Below, one piece after another: positions 24,465 to 36,672 of a stretch of 64,000 bases of DNA. This stretch comes from Zootoca vivipara (lineage: Eukaryota): positions 34,100,001 through 34,164,000 of the forward strand of contig NC_083280.1 of the NCBI RefSeq assembly GCF_963506605.1, given 5' to 3'. The translations under genes and the position numbers were made by a program. The notes beneath the pieces are model-generated. The model was not told where the DNA came from and searched no databases. It worked only from the letters and a program-made list of their open reading frames with translations. Within the stretch, counting starts at the first letter, position 1; every line of letters begins with the position of its first letter.

Positions 24465-24882
24465 ACTTTCAATCTGGCCCTGGCTACCACAGGCATCCAA
24501 CCCAACCCTGTTTCTCACCTTCCTTGAGGGATTTTTTCCTTCTTCAGGCTGGAATGTGCCCTTGAACTGTGAGGGTGCCTCTTCCTTGCCTGGAGAATAG
24601 AGAGATAGATATGAATGTTGTGGGGAGAAGAATAGAAACCTAAGACTTTTGTGTGGCTCGAACATAGCCTACTATACACAGGCAGAGCCTCAAATTAATT
24701 GCACCACCATATTTTTGCCTCTGGCCCTAGCCACATTTATCTATCCCCCCCCCTTTACATTGATATCCTGCCTTACATCCAAAGTGGCCTGCATGAGGTT
24801 CCCTTCAACAAGATGGTGAGCTCAGGTGCTTCCAGGCCACAATCTGCGACTTTTGAGGCATGTGGCTAGAGGGGCATGTGGC

Positions 24883-25221
24883 CAGACTCTCCAAGTGTCA
24901 CTGTTTTCCAGGGACAATCCTGGATTTAAAGAAGCCATCCTGGTTTCTGATTTGATCCCGGAATGTCCCACTTTTCCTTAGGACGGGTATGGTTGGAGGG
25001 TATGGAGTGATGCAACCCCTGAGCCAAGGAGATAAGATACAACCTTTAGAAGGCATCGGATGGCAGCCCTGTATAGGGAGGTTTTAAAATGCTTAATGTT
25101 TTATTATGTTTATCTATATGTTGGGGCAACCCAGTCAGGTGGGCGGGGTATGATGATGATGATGATGATGATGATGAAATAGGACATCCTGATTTTCATC
25201 GGATAAATATTGGAGGGTATG
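24883..25221. mobile_element. hAT-like element containing an L2 3'-tail fragment and (GAT)n
   Basis: Ends CAGACTCTCCAA / TTGGAGGGTATG; internal GGCAGCCCTGTATAGGGA L2-like segment. Confidence 0.55.
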
Positions 25222-25544
25222 TGTGGCCCCCAGAAAGTTGCTAATGACACAATATCTGCTGAACCATGTCCTAAAGGCGGCGATATTTCCATAGGCAGCA
25301 TTCTGGGGGAAGAGAGTGGGGTTGGCTGGGTGCACTCTATGCCTTTAAAGCACCTTTGAAGTACATCCTTTCCCCTCAAAGAATTCTGAGCACTGTAGCT
25401 TGTTCAGAGTTTCTCGGAACTGTAACTCAGCAATCAGAGAAAAATACAACATTGCGTGATGTGATGCTCCTGCCAGTGGAACGTGGGTTAGGATGTAAGC
25501 CAAATCATACGAGGGTATAAATATGTGCTGGGTTTCCGATTTAG

Positions 25545-25668
25545 GTCAGCAGCAGCTCCTTCCCAAGGTGCAGGAGGAGCCCCCAGTCCAGGTGCAGCAG
25601 GGCCTCCGCTCCAGACCAACGTGACCAGCAATCGTAGGCTGCAGCAGACACAGGCTCAAGTGAATGAG
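25545..25668 (+). CDS. VAMP exon 2 (Pro/Ala/Gly-rich N-terminus, SNRRLQQTQAQVNE)
   Basis: tttAG acceptor, GAG|GTGAGC donor, 124 nt, synaptobrevin signature. Confidence 0.95.
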
Positions 25669-26215
25669 GTGAGCTGAGCACAAGGCACCTTGCGTTGTCT
25701 TTGTTGAGATCTGTGGATTTCAGGATTGTGATCTGGATCATCTGTTGAGTTTCAGTGTTGAATATGCCACTCACCTAGGGTGCACAGTCATTGTCCCGAG
25801 GTGAAAACTCATGTAACAAATTAGGATTGCACTGGGAATCTATGTGTCACAGCCAGCTGAGTAGCTCTTGTGTCTCAGGTTCTGTGCATCGTCTTTTTTG
25901 TCTCTCTTCTGCCTTAAAAGCTCTTGTATGTTTAAGGCAGAAGCTGAAGACGGAACGGGGCATAGCTGGGGTAGCTTTGGACAACACAGACAGCTTCAAG
26001 AAAGCGACAGGCACACAAACGCTCACTCCTTCATGCATCGACAGACACAAGAAGCAGAGTCAAACACTGTCTATCATCAATGCACAGGACACAGCTAACA
26101 TCACTGGGAGTTTGTGGGAAGAAATCCACTAAAGCAGGGGTGGGGAACCTTTATCGCATGAAGCAAATCTGGCCCAACAGGCGACCTCCCCATTTGGCCC
26201 ACTTGGGGTGGGCAA

Positions 26216-26532
26216 TGAAGTGTAGGTGGGTTCCCACAAGGCAAGACACAGTGATAACAGCACAAACCTTTATTGACTACAGAACTGGGTAATGGGGCAA
26301 AGCAACTGCTTATATACATTTCTGAAAGCCTGGGCCACTCCCACTCTCAACGTGATTGGCTGTCTAAACTTCCAAGCTGCAAATTACAACTCGGAGTTCA
26401 AGGGCCAATGGCAGAGGCCCAAATCCTGAAATGTTCTGTGATTGGACACCATGTATCGAATCAGAACACAGGAGCTCAGAATCCTTAGTCCAGACTCAAG
26501 CTCAGGCAACACAGGCTACTGAATACATAACA
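26216..26532 (-). mobile_element. Solo LTR
   Basis: TG...CA ends, 5-bp TSD GGCAA; CCAAT, TATA and AATAAA in order on the minus strand. Confidence 0.7.
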
Positions 26533-26837
26533 GGCAACCCACCGTTTTGCACTACTGTTGTTATTATGCCTGAGCTCAGAGCTCAGCCTGCCACTGCCAC
26601 CCACCAGCCTCTGCAAATCTGCTGCTTGCTTTTCCCCCCATGCCTGCTTGAGTCACCACTTCTGTCTCAGTACTCTGCCCTTGCATCTGCCTTCACACAT
26701 ACAAATGAATGAGCCAGTCGGCCAGCCAGCCAGCCATCAGGCCAGTGCTTGTGCTTATCGACAACCTTCTCTTCTCCTGCCACCTTCTTGCCACCATCAA
26801 AGACCAAGGAGAGAGGTGAGAGCCAATATGCATTTCA

Positions 26838-26838
<1 letters not shown>

Positions 26839-26878
<40 letters not shown>
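26839..26878. repeat. (AC)n microsatellite
   Basis: Direct read. Confidence 0.95.
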
Positions 26879-26881
<3 letters not shown>

Positions 26882-27308
26882 AACAGCAAACACCAGATTC
26901 CACCAGCTGCCTCCTGTCCCAGAACAAACCTGTAGCCAAGCCAGTTGTGTCCCCTCCCCCTCTACTTCCAAGTCAGTTGACAGTATTGAGTGGCAGTGTG
27001 AGGGGAGCAGCAGTAACAGAAAAATCTGTGCTCAGTTCTCTACAAAATACTGGCATTGGTATTGGGGAAATGCAATATTCCCACAAAAGAATCATTTCCA
27101 TTGGGGATTGCATTGGGATCTTACAGAACAAGCACGTAACAGTTCTTGTCCATTTGCTGTAATTTGGAGAAGTGGGGGGGGGGGTCCATCTGAAAAGATC
27201 CTTAGATAATGTCCATTAAAGTGTGATGCCATATTAAACATATCCTCAAGGTGGCACTAAACATCCACACCATAAAAATCAATTACAATTTTGTGTTTCT
27301 ATGTGTGC

Positions 27309-27309
<1 letters not shown>

Positions 27310-27355
<46 letters not shown>
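27310..27355. repeat. (TG)n microsatellite
   Basis: Direct read. Confidence 0.95.
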
Positions 27356-27356
<1 letters not shown>

Positions 27357-28427
27357 CCTGCTAGTCTGTTGCAATATCTTGTAGCAAAAGCAACTAAAAG
27401 TCCCCCTCTGCACATACCGCAATGACAGCAATATGGTTGAGCAACGTCATAACAATATTGATTGACTGTACCATGACATCATGGGGTTGATCATCATGAT
27501 CATGTTATCTGGTGATTCCGTTCTGGCTAGAACCATGTAGCAAACAGTAATTTGCTACATTTAAGAACGTTTGATTTCTCACTGGAAAGATGTCAAGCTG
27601 TTGAATCAGTTTGGTATTATTTGCAGCTTGCATTCACTGGAGTACTTCATTAAGGAAACCTTTCAGTCTTGAGTGTTTCCACTTTCTTCACCATTAGCTA
27701 AAATTAACTAGTTGAAATTAGAATGGTATTCATTTAACATAGCTACTCTTTTCTCTTTCTAAATGGAAATAAACAGCCCTAGCCTTTCCCTCAGAAAAAA
27801 GTATCACTAAGGGGCTTATTTCCTGGCGAGTGCAATTAGAAATGGAGCCGAAGACATTTACTTGAATAAATTTTTCGTTGGTTTTATATAAAGTTATACA
27901 CGATAACTATAACCATTCCAAATCATAAAAATAACAAGGTTCTTTTGAACCTTCAGACCTCCTCCCCCCTCCCCATGGGTTCCATTTCTAAATGTTTCTT
28001 TCTTTCCTTTTTTCTGCATCGTTTACCATTATCCATGTATTATATAATCATAGTAACCAAAATTCATATCACATTGCAAGTGTCATTGTATCCCTGCCAA
28101 TGATTTTAACTGTCTACAGTGGCCTTTTAAGTATACAATAAAGTTATTCCAGTCTTTTTTTTAAAAAAAAACCTTGCTCTTCCTGGCTTCTGATCTTTCC
28201 CATTAGTCTTGCCATTTCTGCATATTCCATCACAGCCTAAGACATTCAACCATCAATCCCCACCTTGTATTTGGCTAATTCAGTTGTTGCTCTTTCCTGC
28301 AGAGAGCAAATAGACAGAGGGGTTATTGGGACGGGCAGTAGGACATCACTGCTTTCCCCAGCCCCATACCCAGACATCTGCCCATGAATTTGCCCATTGT
28401 CTGAACATGCTTAGTTTCACCTTTTGG

Positions 28428-28876
28428 CATAGCTGCCAAGTACCCCATTTTCCCCAGGAAACCCCCGTTTTAACTTACCTTTTCCCGGTGGTCCCCCATA
28501 TCACTTTGTCTCCCTTTTTTCTCCATTATTATCTTCTGCCAGCGGCCATTTTTTTTCTTTCCGGTTTGCCCTTCTATGGGCACCAAAAATGGCCGCCACC
28601 GGCTTCAAAAGTCGCATCTACGCATGTCCGGAAGTGCATAGACGCAACTTTCGGTGTCGGCAGTGGCCATTTTTGGTGCCCATAGATGGGCGGAGCGACA
28701 CCGGAAGTTGCGTCGATGCACTTCCTGACATGCAAGCAAGCGACTTTCGAAGCTGACGGCGGCCATTTTTTGTGCCCATAGAAGGGCAAAGCGACACCGG
28801 AAGTTACGTCGACGCAACTTCCGGTGTCACACGGCTGCCGGCCCCGGATTCTGCAGTCCGGGACTTGGAAGGTAAG
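28428..28876. mobile_element. hAT-type non-autonomous element sharing its TIR with the 90-bp MITEs
   Basis: CATAGCTGCCAAGT start; perfect 8-bp TSD CCTTTTGG; internal direct and inverted GCGGCCATTTT / CCGGAAGT repeats. Confidence 0.85.
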
Positions 28877-29031
28877 CCTTTTGGACATTGCATAAGTGTG
28901 AAAATGCAGTGGGAGGAGGGGCAAGGATGAAGAGCATAGCTCTCTGTTTCTCTGCATGGAGGGGAAAGACCTGACTAGGCCTATAGGTCACCACCCCAGT
29001 GATTTACAAGCTATTGATATGCCCATTTCAG

Positions 29032-29190
29032 GTGGTGGATATAATGCGAGTCAATGTGGACAAAGTACTAGAAAGAGACCAGAAGCTTTCGGAGTTGGAT
29101 AACCGGGCAGATGCCTTGCAAGCTGGTGCCTCCCAGTTTGAAACTAGCGCAGCTAAACTGAAGAGGAAAAACTGGTGGAAAAACTGCAAG
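29032..29190 (+). CDS. VAMP exon 3 (R-SNARE motif)
   Basis: 159 nt, [57 protein letters not shown] boundaries. Confidence 0.98.
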
Positions 29191-29312
29191 GTAAACGTTA
29201 CTACTGCAAGGGTGTAATCAGGACATAGTTCCAAAATAATGAGTGCAAAGATTAAACCAGGGGTGGCCAAACATTCAGCCTGCAGCAGCAGCAGCAGCTG
29301 TGTTTTCATTGT

Positions 29313-29562
29313 GCCAGTGTGGTGTAGTGGTTAAGAGCGGTAGGCTCGTAATCTGGTGAGCCAGGTTCGCTTCCCTGCTCCTCTACATGCAGCTGCTGGG
29401 TAACCTTGGGCTAGTCACACTTCTTTGAAGTCTCTCAGCCCCACTCACCTCACAGAGTGTTTGTTGTGGGGGAGGAAGGGAAAAGAGAATGTTAGCCGCT
29501 TTGAGACTCCTTCGGGTAGTGCTAAAGCGGGATATCAAATCCAAATTCTTCTTCTTCTTCTT
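29313..29562 (+). mobile_element. Young tRNA/CORE-type SINE with (CTT)n tail
   Basis: GTGGTGTAGTGGTTAAGAGC head, CORE-like body; sister copy at 36388. Confidence 0.8.
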
Positions 29563-30012
29563 CATTTGAACCCCAAGTTCCACCAACAAAAGTCAGGTGC
29601 AAAATAGGTAGAGATGGGAGGTCGTACACTTCAAATTAAGGAAGAGAGCACCTTTTCAGTACCAGAACTGTACCAGAACTGAGTTCAGTACATTCAGTTC
29701 AAACCTCACGTCTGCATTTCTGCCTTTAGCCAGTCTGATTTTGGTGGGAGACGAGCCTAATTGTTTTAGCTATTGTTAAATGACTGGGAGTCAGAAACCA
29801 CATGGCAATCTGTTGCAAGTTGCTCAGACATCTTACAAGTAGATTATGATCTACTTTTCTTACATCACATGTTTGTTGCCTGGAAAAGCTGAAGTATTAG
29901 CTGTAGAAGAAGGCAAACAGCCTGTCCAAATGTACATTCAAAGCTAACCTTTCTCTGTTTTCCTCCCCTGAACTGATTCTCCCTCTCCCTCCCTCCCTCT
30001 CTCTCTATCTAG

Positions 30013-30064
30013 ATGATGATCATTCTGGGTATCGTATGTGCAGTCATTCTCATCATAATTATAA
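30013..30064 (+). CDS. VAMP exon 4 (transmembrane segment MMIILGIVCAVILIIII)
   Basis: Long pyrimidine tract plus AG, donor A|GTGAGT, 52 nt. Confidence 0.95.
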
Positions 30065-31179
30065 GTGAGTGGTTCAATTCTTTGTTTTGAATTACCTTCA
30101 CATTTCATTTCATGACTACTGACAAACCATTCTGAAGAGGGGGGGGGGGAGTGAACAAATAATGTTACAAGTTTGGAATTTCCCAGTGTCCCCTTCTCTT
30201 ACCAACCCCCCCCCCAAAAAAGATCACCAATGCCCCTTCTCAGTGCTTTTTTCTTTAAAAAGTATTTAGGGGTACTCTCATTCTGTCTGAGACTCAGGAA
30301 AATACCGTGATAGGAAATGAGGCCGCCATTGGGGGGTAGCAACAGAACTGATCATTCACCATGCTATTCAACGGAACTGAATATTCTCTCCCATTAAATT
30401 CACAAAATGTTTAGGGGTACGTGTACCCATACATCCCCCCAGAAAAAACCACTGCCCCTTGTATAAGGAGCCACACGAAGTAATGCTTCCTTTATAGCTG
30501 GCTTGTTTTTGCTTAAGTATCCATTGTATAACTGCTTGATTTTCTCATTGCTAAAGGGACAAACCTTTTTCATGATGAAGTAGAACACTTACGTAATTAT
30601 AAAAGCTCTAATCGTGGTCTTAAAATCAACAACAAAAGTCTTTCTGAATCCAGGGTCGGTCATTAAATTAGCTCAGTGGCTGGACAAAGCCCTTCTGGTG
30701 GCTTGGTAGGGGTGGATTAGGAAACCTGAAACCTGGAAAGCTTGAGATGTGTTGAGATTTCATCATAACAAGGTGTATTCCTAGGACAGTAATGTATTTA
30801 TTTTAATACTGTGAACCCACATTCAATGTCCTGTTAAGGCAAGCATTGGTATATTTAGAATATGGCATTGCACCTGAAATTATAGATTTATCTTGTACAG
30901 TACAGTTTCATGACAGTGCAAACCTATGCATTGTGCACAGGATAGCACCTTGAAGGTAATATATTAATAGTGATCTGGTTTGGTAAAAATAATCAACACT
31001 ACCAATGTTTCACTATGACTACCAGCATTTCAAAAGAGTTGCATTAAGTTAACCAGTTTTGCTATGAGCAACAGAAGAAGAAAATACGGCTTTTAAACCT
31101 ACTTGCTGCATTAAAATTGCAGCATAGACACAAGCATGTGGCAATAATTTCATCACCTTGTGGTAGCTATGGACAGATG

Positions 31180-31710
31180 GACTTCAAAAGCGGGTACTGT
31201 ACTCAGCTTGCAGGTACTTCTGGATCCATTGCTGTCGCTTGAGGCTCTGGTGGCCTCAGCGGCACGGAATGCCTCCCATCAGCTTGGGCTGGTACTCTAT
31301 GCTCTGGTATCCTCTAGGTTAGATTACTGCAATGCATTATACGTGGGGCTGCTCTGAAGGTCATTTGGAGACTTTAGCTGGTGCAGAATTCAGCAGCCAG
31401 GTTGCTCACTGGGGCAATACAATTTGAGCATTTAATGCCATTCCAGGCCCAATTCAAAGTGCTGGTTTTGACCCATAAAGCCTTTGTGGAATGCAGTCCC
31501 CAAGGGAGACTTACCTCCTGGTGCCTTCTTTGGATATATTTTTGTGCATGGAAAAAACACCTTTGGGTAATTAAACAATTTATGGTCTTTCAAATTGTTT
31601 GGTGGGGTTATTGTTTTTGTTTGTTGTATTGTTATGTATGTTTGTGTTTTTATATTGTAAACCACTTTTTGAACCTCAGATGAAGAGCGAGGGGTGTGGG
31701 TAGATGTAAT
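31180..31710 (+). mobile_element. Old L2 LINE fragments
   Basis: ALVSSRLDYCNALYVGL and QNSAARLLTG peptides. Confidence 0.75.
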
Positions 31711-31956
31711 ATCCCTCCTGATAAAATGGCCTGCCCCACTGCCCCATTTTTTTTTACTCAAGTCCTGCTAGCTCCAATACAAAACTTGGACATATCCGTG
31801 AATGCCTTTATTTGCTTACTTTATTTAATTTCATTTTAAAATTCGCATATATAATTTTATCATTGAATTTCTCTTTCTGTTTTGTTTGGATAAGCATGCT
31901 CATTTCCCTGACTGAAATATTAAATATTTACCTTCTTCATTCTTCTTTTCTTCCAG

Positions 31957-31973
31957 TCTATTTCTGCAGCTGA
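31957..31973 (+). CDS. VAMP exon 5 coding part (IYFCS-stop)
   Basis: ttcttttcttccAG acceptor; phase 1 gives I-Y-F-C-S-TGA, resembling VAMP1 IYFFT and VAMP2 VYFST. Confidence 0.9.
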
Positions 31974-32102
31974 ACCACTCGTGGCAAATGGCTTGTTTCC
32001 TGATAATCTCTCAAATGAAGCCTGCTTTTTAATTCCTTGTGTCTTGGGGCTCTTAGCCTGCAACAGTATGTAAGAATTCAGTGATTCAGTGTAGTCTGAT
32101 TT

Positions 32103-32230
32103 NNNNNNNNNNNNNNNNNNNNNNNNNNNNNNNNNNNNNNNNNNNNNNNNNNNNNNNNNNNNNNNNNNNNNNNNNNNNNNNNNNNNNNNNNNNNNNNNNN
32201 NNNNNNNNNNNNNNNNNNNNNNNNNNNNNN
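32103..32230. other. Assembly gap (N run) in the VAMP 3' UTR
   Basis: 128 Ns. Confidence 1.
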
Positions 32231-32847
32231 AAATACTGCCAACCAATGCCACTCATTGATCTCTCACTGTGTCTTCACATGTGTCCATGCTGACCTTCAG
32301 AAACTAATTTTTGGAAACATTTTTTTTTTAAAAAAAATAATATTTTACATTGAGCAAGAACAATTTCGGAGCTTGTATGTAAAGGCGCCTTCCAAAACAG
32401 GTATGTGTGATTAGATATTGGGGCCATCATTTTCAAAACGTGCCTAGGAGACCTCTGTCTCAGTGAGATATGATTGTTGTGAAAGCTGAGCGCCCACTAA
32501 ATACGCTGAGGTTAACAAGAGCTTCAGATCTACTGGGCACTTTATCAGCAAGTGTAATTTTACTATCAAAAGGTGGGATCAATCCCAATAAGAGTAGGGC
32601 TCCAAAGTGATGAGAGTTTCTAAATTATTTGTATAGAAATGCAAAGATGGCTTGCTTAAGCCATGCAGCACTTGGAGCATCCGGCTTAGACCTCTTAACT
32701 GGTAGGGTTCACATGGTGAAATGGGAAGAACAAGTGCTTGATAACCCTTCCTTCCCAAGGTGAGGGGCAGTAACCTAGTGAAGCCCAGCAGGACAGCTTA
32801 CTCTATGGTCTTAACCCCTTCATATATTAATTAGACTCAAGCACGTT

Positions 32848-32914
32848 GCTATGGTCCATGGGGTCACGAAGAGCCGGACATGACTAAACGACTAAACAAC
32901 AACAACAACAACAA
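32848..32914 (+). mobile_element. Bov-B extreme 3' fragment
   Basis: GGTCCATGGGGTCACGAAGAG...GACTAAAC(AAC)n. Confidence 0.85.
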
Positions 32915-33043
32915 CATGTTGCTTATATGAGGCTGAATATCCCACACCACCAACAAAAGAGGGAGTCCACCAGAAAACATTTTACTAAGGACGCCCTCAA
33001 ACCTGAAGCCAGCTTTGTCCACCACTCTAAGCATTATACTATA

Positions 33044-33264
33044 CAGTGGTACCTTGGAAGTTGAATGGAATCCTTTCTGGAAGGCTGTTCGACTTCCCAA
33101 ATGTTCAGGAACCAAGGCGGAAGCTCCTGCAGCCAATCGTAAGCCGCATCAGACGTTCGGGTTCCAAAGAATGTTCGAAAACTGGAACAATCACTTCCAG
33201 TTTTCAATTGTTCGGGAGCCAAAACGTTCAACTCCCAAGGAGTTTGAAAACCAAGGTATGACTT
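33044..33264. mobile_element. Tc1/mariner-type MITE
   Basis: TA-CAGTGGTACCTT start; degenerate inverted end. Confidence 0.65.
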
Positions 33265-33283
33265 TATTAACACAGGTTTACCA

Positions 33284-33437
33284 CATGGGCGTAGCCAAGA
33301 TTTATTTTAGGAGGGGCAGGCTTTATGTTGGGGGTGGGGCAGAACCGAGTTATCTGTGATGCAATTGGTCAGTTAAGTATTTTTATTTATTTACTTGATT
33401 GGGGGGGACAGCTGCACCGCCCCCAGCTATGCCCATG
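33284..33437. mobile_element. PIF/Harbinger-like MITE
   Basis: CATGGGCGTAGC / GCTATGCCCATG inverted ends; sister copy at 53876-54006. Confidence 0.6.
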
Positions 33438-34269
33438 GTGCACCACCCCTAAGAGCATTACGTATATTAAAACAGGGGTGGGGAGTGTTCTCTGGCTCTC
33501 CAAGTGTTGTTGGACTCCCATTTCCATCTGCCCCAGCTAGCATGGCCAGGGATGATGGGACTTGTAGTCCAACAGCATGTAGAGAGTTGCAGGTTTCTCA
33601 ACCTTGTATTCAAATGACTACTCATGGGGGAAATAGACAGAGAGATAGATACGCACACTTCTGGACAAATAACACATGTATGTATATTAGGAAAGAATAA
33701 GCAATGCATAGAAAAAGTTTGCAGGGAGTATATGTACCAGTGAGTGAATATTTCTCTTTTTCCGAAGCTGTCTTAGTTATCAGTTCCTCAGGATGTTTTC
33801 AGCTCCCTCCAATGTCAGGAGGCAGGGGTGGGGGGCTTGAGACTCTTCCTGGCTTCTGCTCTTTGGCCCAGAGGGGGTCCTAGTTCACCATCACAGGGGA
33901 GATTTGAGAGCTTACTTCTCTCTCTTTCCCTCCTATGGAAAAACTACCATTCTTGGTGCCTGCCTGCCTTCTCCAGTGCTCTTGCTACTAAATTTCCTCG
34001 GCCAGACCCTCGCTCTCTCGTTCTCTTCTGTTGTCCTCCTCCTCAGTTTTCTGAAACTTTTAAGGGTATGATTCTTTGTGATGAAAACCACGTGTAACTT
34101 CTGACTTGCACCTTGCAGGATAGAACACCACGTAATTGGCTACTTGGCAAGCAGGTGATAAAATGGAACCCACTATTCTGTTTGTTGTTTCTTTTTAAAC
34201 ATTTTTTTTTTAAATCAAATCCAGTCCAGCCTAAAAAAGCCACTTTATGGTCTCCTCCTGAGTTAACCA

Positions 34270-34629
34270 CATAACACCAGTCCTGAGAGATCTACACTGG
34301 CTCCCAGTACGTTTCCAAGCACAGATCAAAGTGTTGGTACTGACCTTTAAAGCCCTAAACGGCCTCGGTCCTGTATACCTGAAGGAGCGTCTCCACCCCC
34401 ATCATTCAGCCCGGACACTGAGATTCAGCATCAAAGGCCTTCTGGTGGTCCCCTCATTGCGAGAGGTGAGGTTGCAGGGAACCAGACAGAGGGCCTTCTC
34501 GGTAGTGGCACCCGCCCTGTTTAGGGAAGTTTTTAATGTTTGATGCTGTACTGTTTTTAATATTAGGTTGGAAGCCGCCCAGAGTGGCTGGGGAAACCCA
34601 GCCAGATGGGCGGGGTATAAATAATAATA

Positions 34630-34672
<43 letters not shown>
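34270..34672 (+). mobile_element. L2 LINE 3' fragment with (TAT)n tail
   Basis: HITPVLRDLHWLP...TFKALNGLGPVYLKERL. Confidence 0.9.
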
Positions 34673-34674
<2 letters not shown>

Positions 34675-36387
34675 GAAACTCTACTTTCAGGACAGGGAAA
34701 TATCTTGAATATATAGCGTAGATCAAGAAAACACATCTCATTAGCAATGTATGCACGTACTCCTAAAAATAGCGTTTTCCTATACGTGTGATATGCAGTG
34801 CATACCGTAAGGTCAATGACTATATTCTTTGCTTAGGATGAACCGAGGACTTTGAAGTAGGAAGGGAGTGTTCATTCACAGTCATGTCTCCAGTTTGGAC
34901 TCCAAGCAGAAAGTACTGTACATTGTTCAGCATATTAAACCCAACCAGCAGACGGCTTCCTCTGCCTTCTTAACCTGTCACCTCTAACCAAAACCTTCTT
35001 CCTTCTCCTCTTGGTGCATGTTGGATTCTTTCATTGCAAAAAAAAAAAATGAGAACTAGGTTTGCCACATAGTTTACCAGCTCTTCTTCTTTACTTTCCA
35101 CAGCCACCTTTCAATACTCTACACATCTATGTTAAATCTACTTTCCTCCTTCAGGTTGGTGCTTTTACAAGATGGGAACTGAGTCTATTTTCACTCAGTC
35201 TGGCACAGAAATCTTCATTCTGTTTTCTCGATTTTCATTGTGCTCCCCAACCCCTTATGATGTACATATTATAATATACACATATACACAAAATATCAAG
35301 TGTAGGGATATAGAAAATATAAAAAGCAAAACCTGTAATACCACACATAAAAATAAAGGGGAATAAAAAGGGGAAAGGTCAATGTGGGGAGAATCTATTC
35401 TGAGGGACTGGATCCCCTGGAACAAATTTGGGGACATAAAGGAGCTTCATGTGGGAGGAGTGGATGGGAAAGTCCCATTGCACAAGTGGAAGTCTGCTTG
35501 CACAGTGCTGGACATCACCCAATACAAATAGACAAATTTTATTTGCCAGAAGCAAATTTCTATATTTGTCAATATCTAAACTAATATCTAAACTGTATCC
35601 ATTTTTCATTCAATTCAGTTCACAAGTTTATTGTTCTAGCCAAAGACCATTACAAACTTGCACTAAGCAATAGTATTAATAAAAATAATACAAAACATAC
35701 ATCTATAATGTAAAAATCTGCAAAGACTTTGCCAAGTTGCTGAGCATTTAAACACAGTTTCCCTTGTGCATCTCTGACAGCTCCGATTCTAATCTTATTT
35801 TGCCTTTTTAAAATCCAGTTGCCAGTATTTATGGCAAAAGAGAGAGAAGTTACCAGAGACACCAACAAACACAAATACGGCTTCAGATTAAACCTCTGAA
35901 TCACCACAACAATTTATAGTGATTTTTATCTAGCTCCTTTTTCCTGATTTTTTTTTTCAGACAGTGAAAAATGAAGTGTGTCATGAAGCTATTATTGTCA
36001 CTCAAAAAAAGCTGAACCATTTCTGCCGGGGTGTGCCTGATTGTTTGTCTGGACAAAGGTTTCAGAAAGCAATCTCTTGAGTCTCTATATAAGGGTCAGG
36101 CTAACATAATGAGTGATGTCTTCCACCAGGTTGACCACACATACAAAGTCTTTCTGTATACTAGACCCTGTTGTAGTGGCCATCCAAGACTGCAGTTGGC
36201 ATCACTTGGAAACACAGCTCAATAAAAGCATTTCTTAAGGTAACTGGTGAGAGTTTGGTCAGATAACTACCAGTATTTCTAAAATGCTCTGTTCTCAAGA
36301 GTGGATGCCAAGGGGGAAATTTGGTGTTTTTACTTAGTTGTAGGTCCTTTCTGGATTCTATCCAGAAGAGCCAATTCCTTAGCTGAC

Positions 36388-36672
36388 ACTCGTAATCTGG
36401 TGAACCGGGTCTGATTCCCTGCTCCTCCACATGCAGCTGCTGGGTGACCTTGGGCTCGTCACACTTCTCTGAAGTCTCTCAGCCTCACTCACCTCACAGA
36501 GTGTTTGTTGCGGGAGAGGAAGGGAAAGGAGATTGTTAGCCGCTTTGAGACTCCTTCGGGTAGTGATAAAGCAGGATATCAAATCCAAACTACTCTTCTT
36601 CTTCTTCTTCTTCTTCTTCTTCTTCTTCTTCTTCTTCTTCTTCTTCTTCTTCTTCTTCTTCTTCTTCTTCTT
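36388..36672 (+). mobile_element. 5'-truncated CORE-type SINE with expanded (CTT)26 tail
   Basis: Near-identical to 29313-29562; CTT repeat at 36595-36672. Confidence 0.85.

Larger units (their letters stand above)
9938..31973 (+). other. Synaptobrevin gene (VAMP1/VAMP2-like R-SNARE), complete CDS of 5 exons, 117 aa
   Basis: Exons 9938-9939, 25545-25668, 29032-29190, 30013-30064 and 31957-31973 give [117 protein letters not shown], with the classical VAMP exon layout and split ATG. Confidence 0.95.

Noticed and set aside
31920-32293. ORFs containing X runs
   Set aside because: Artefacts of the assembly gap.
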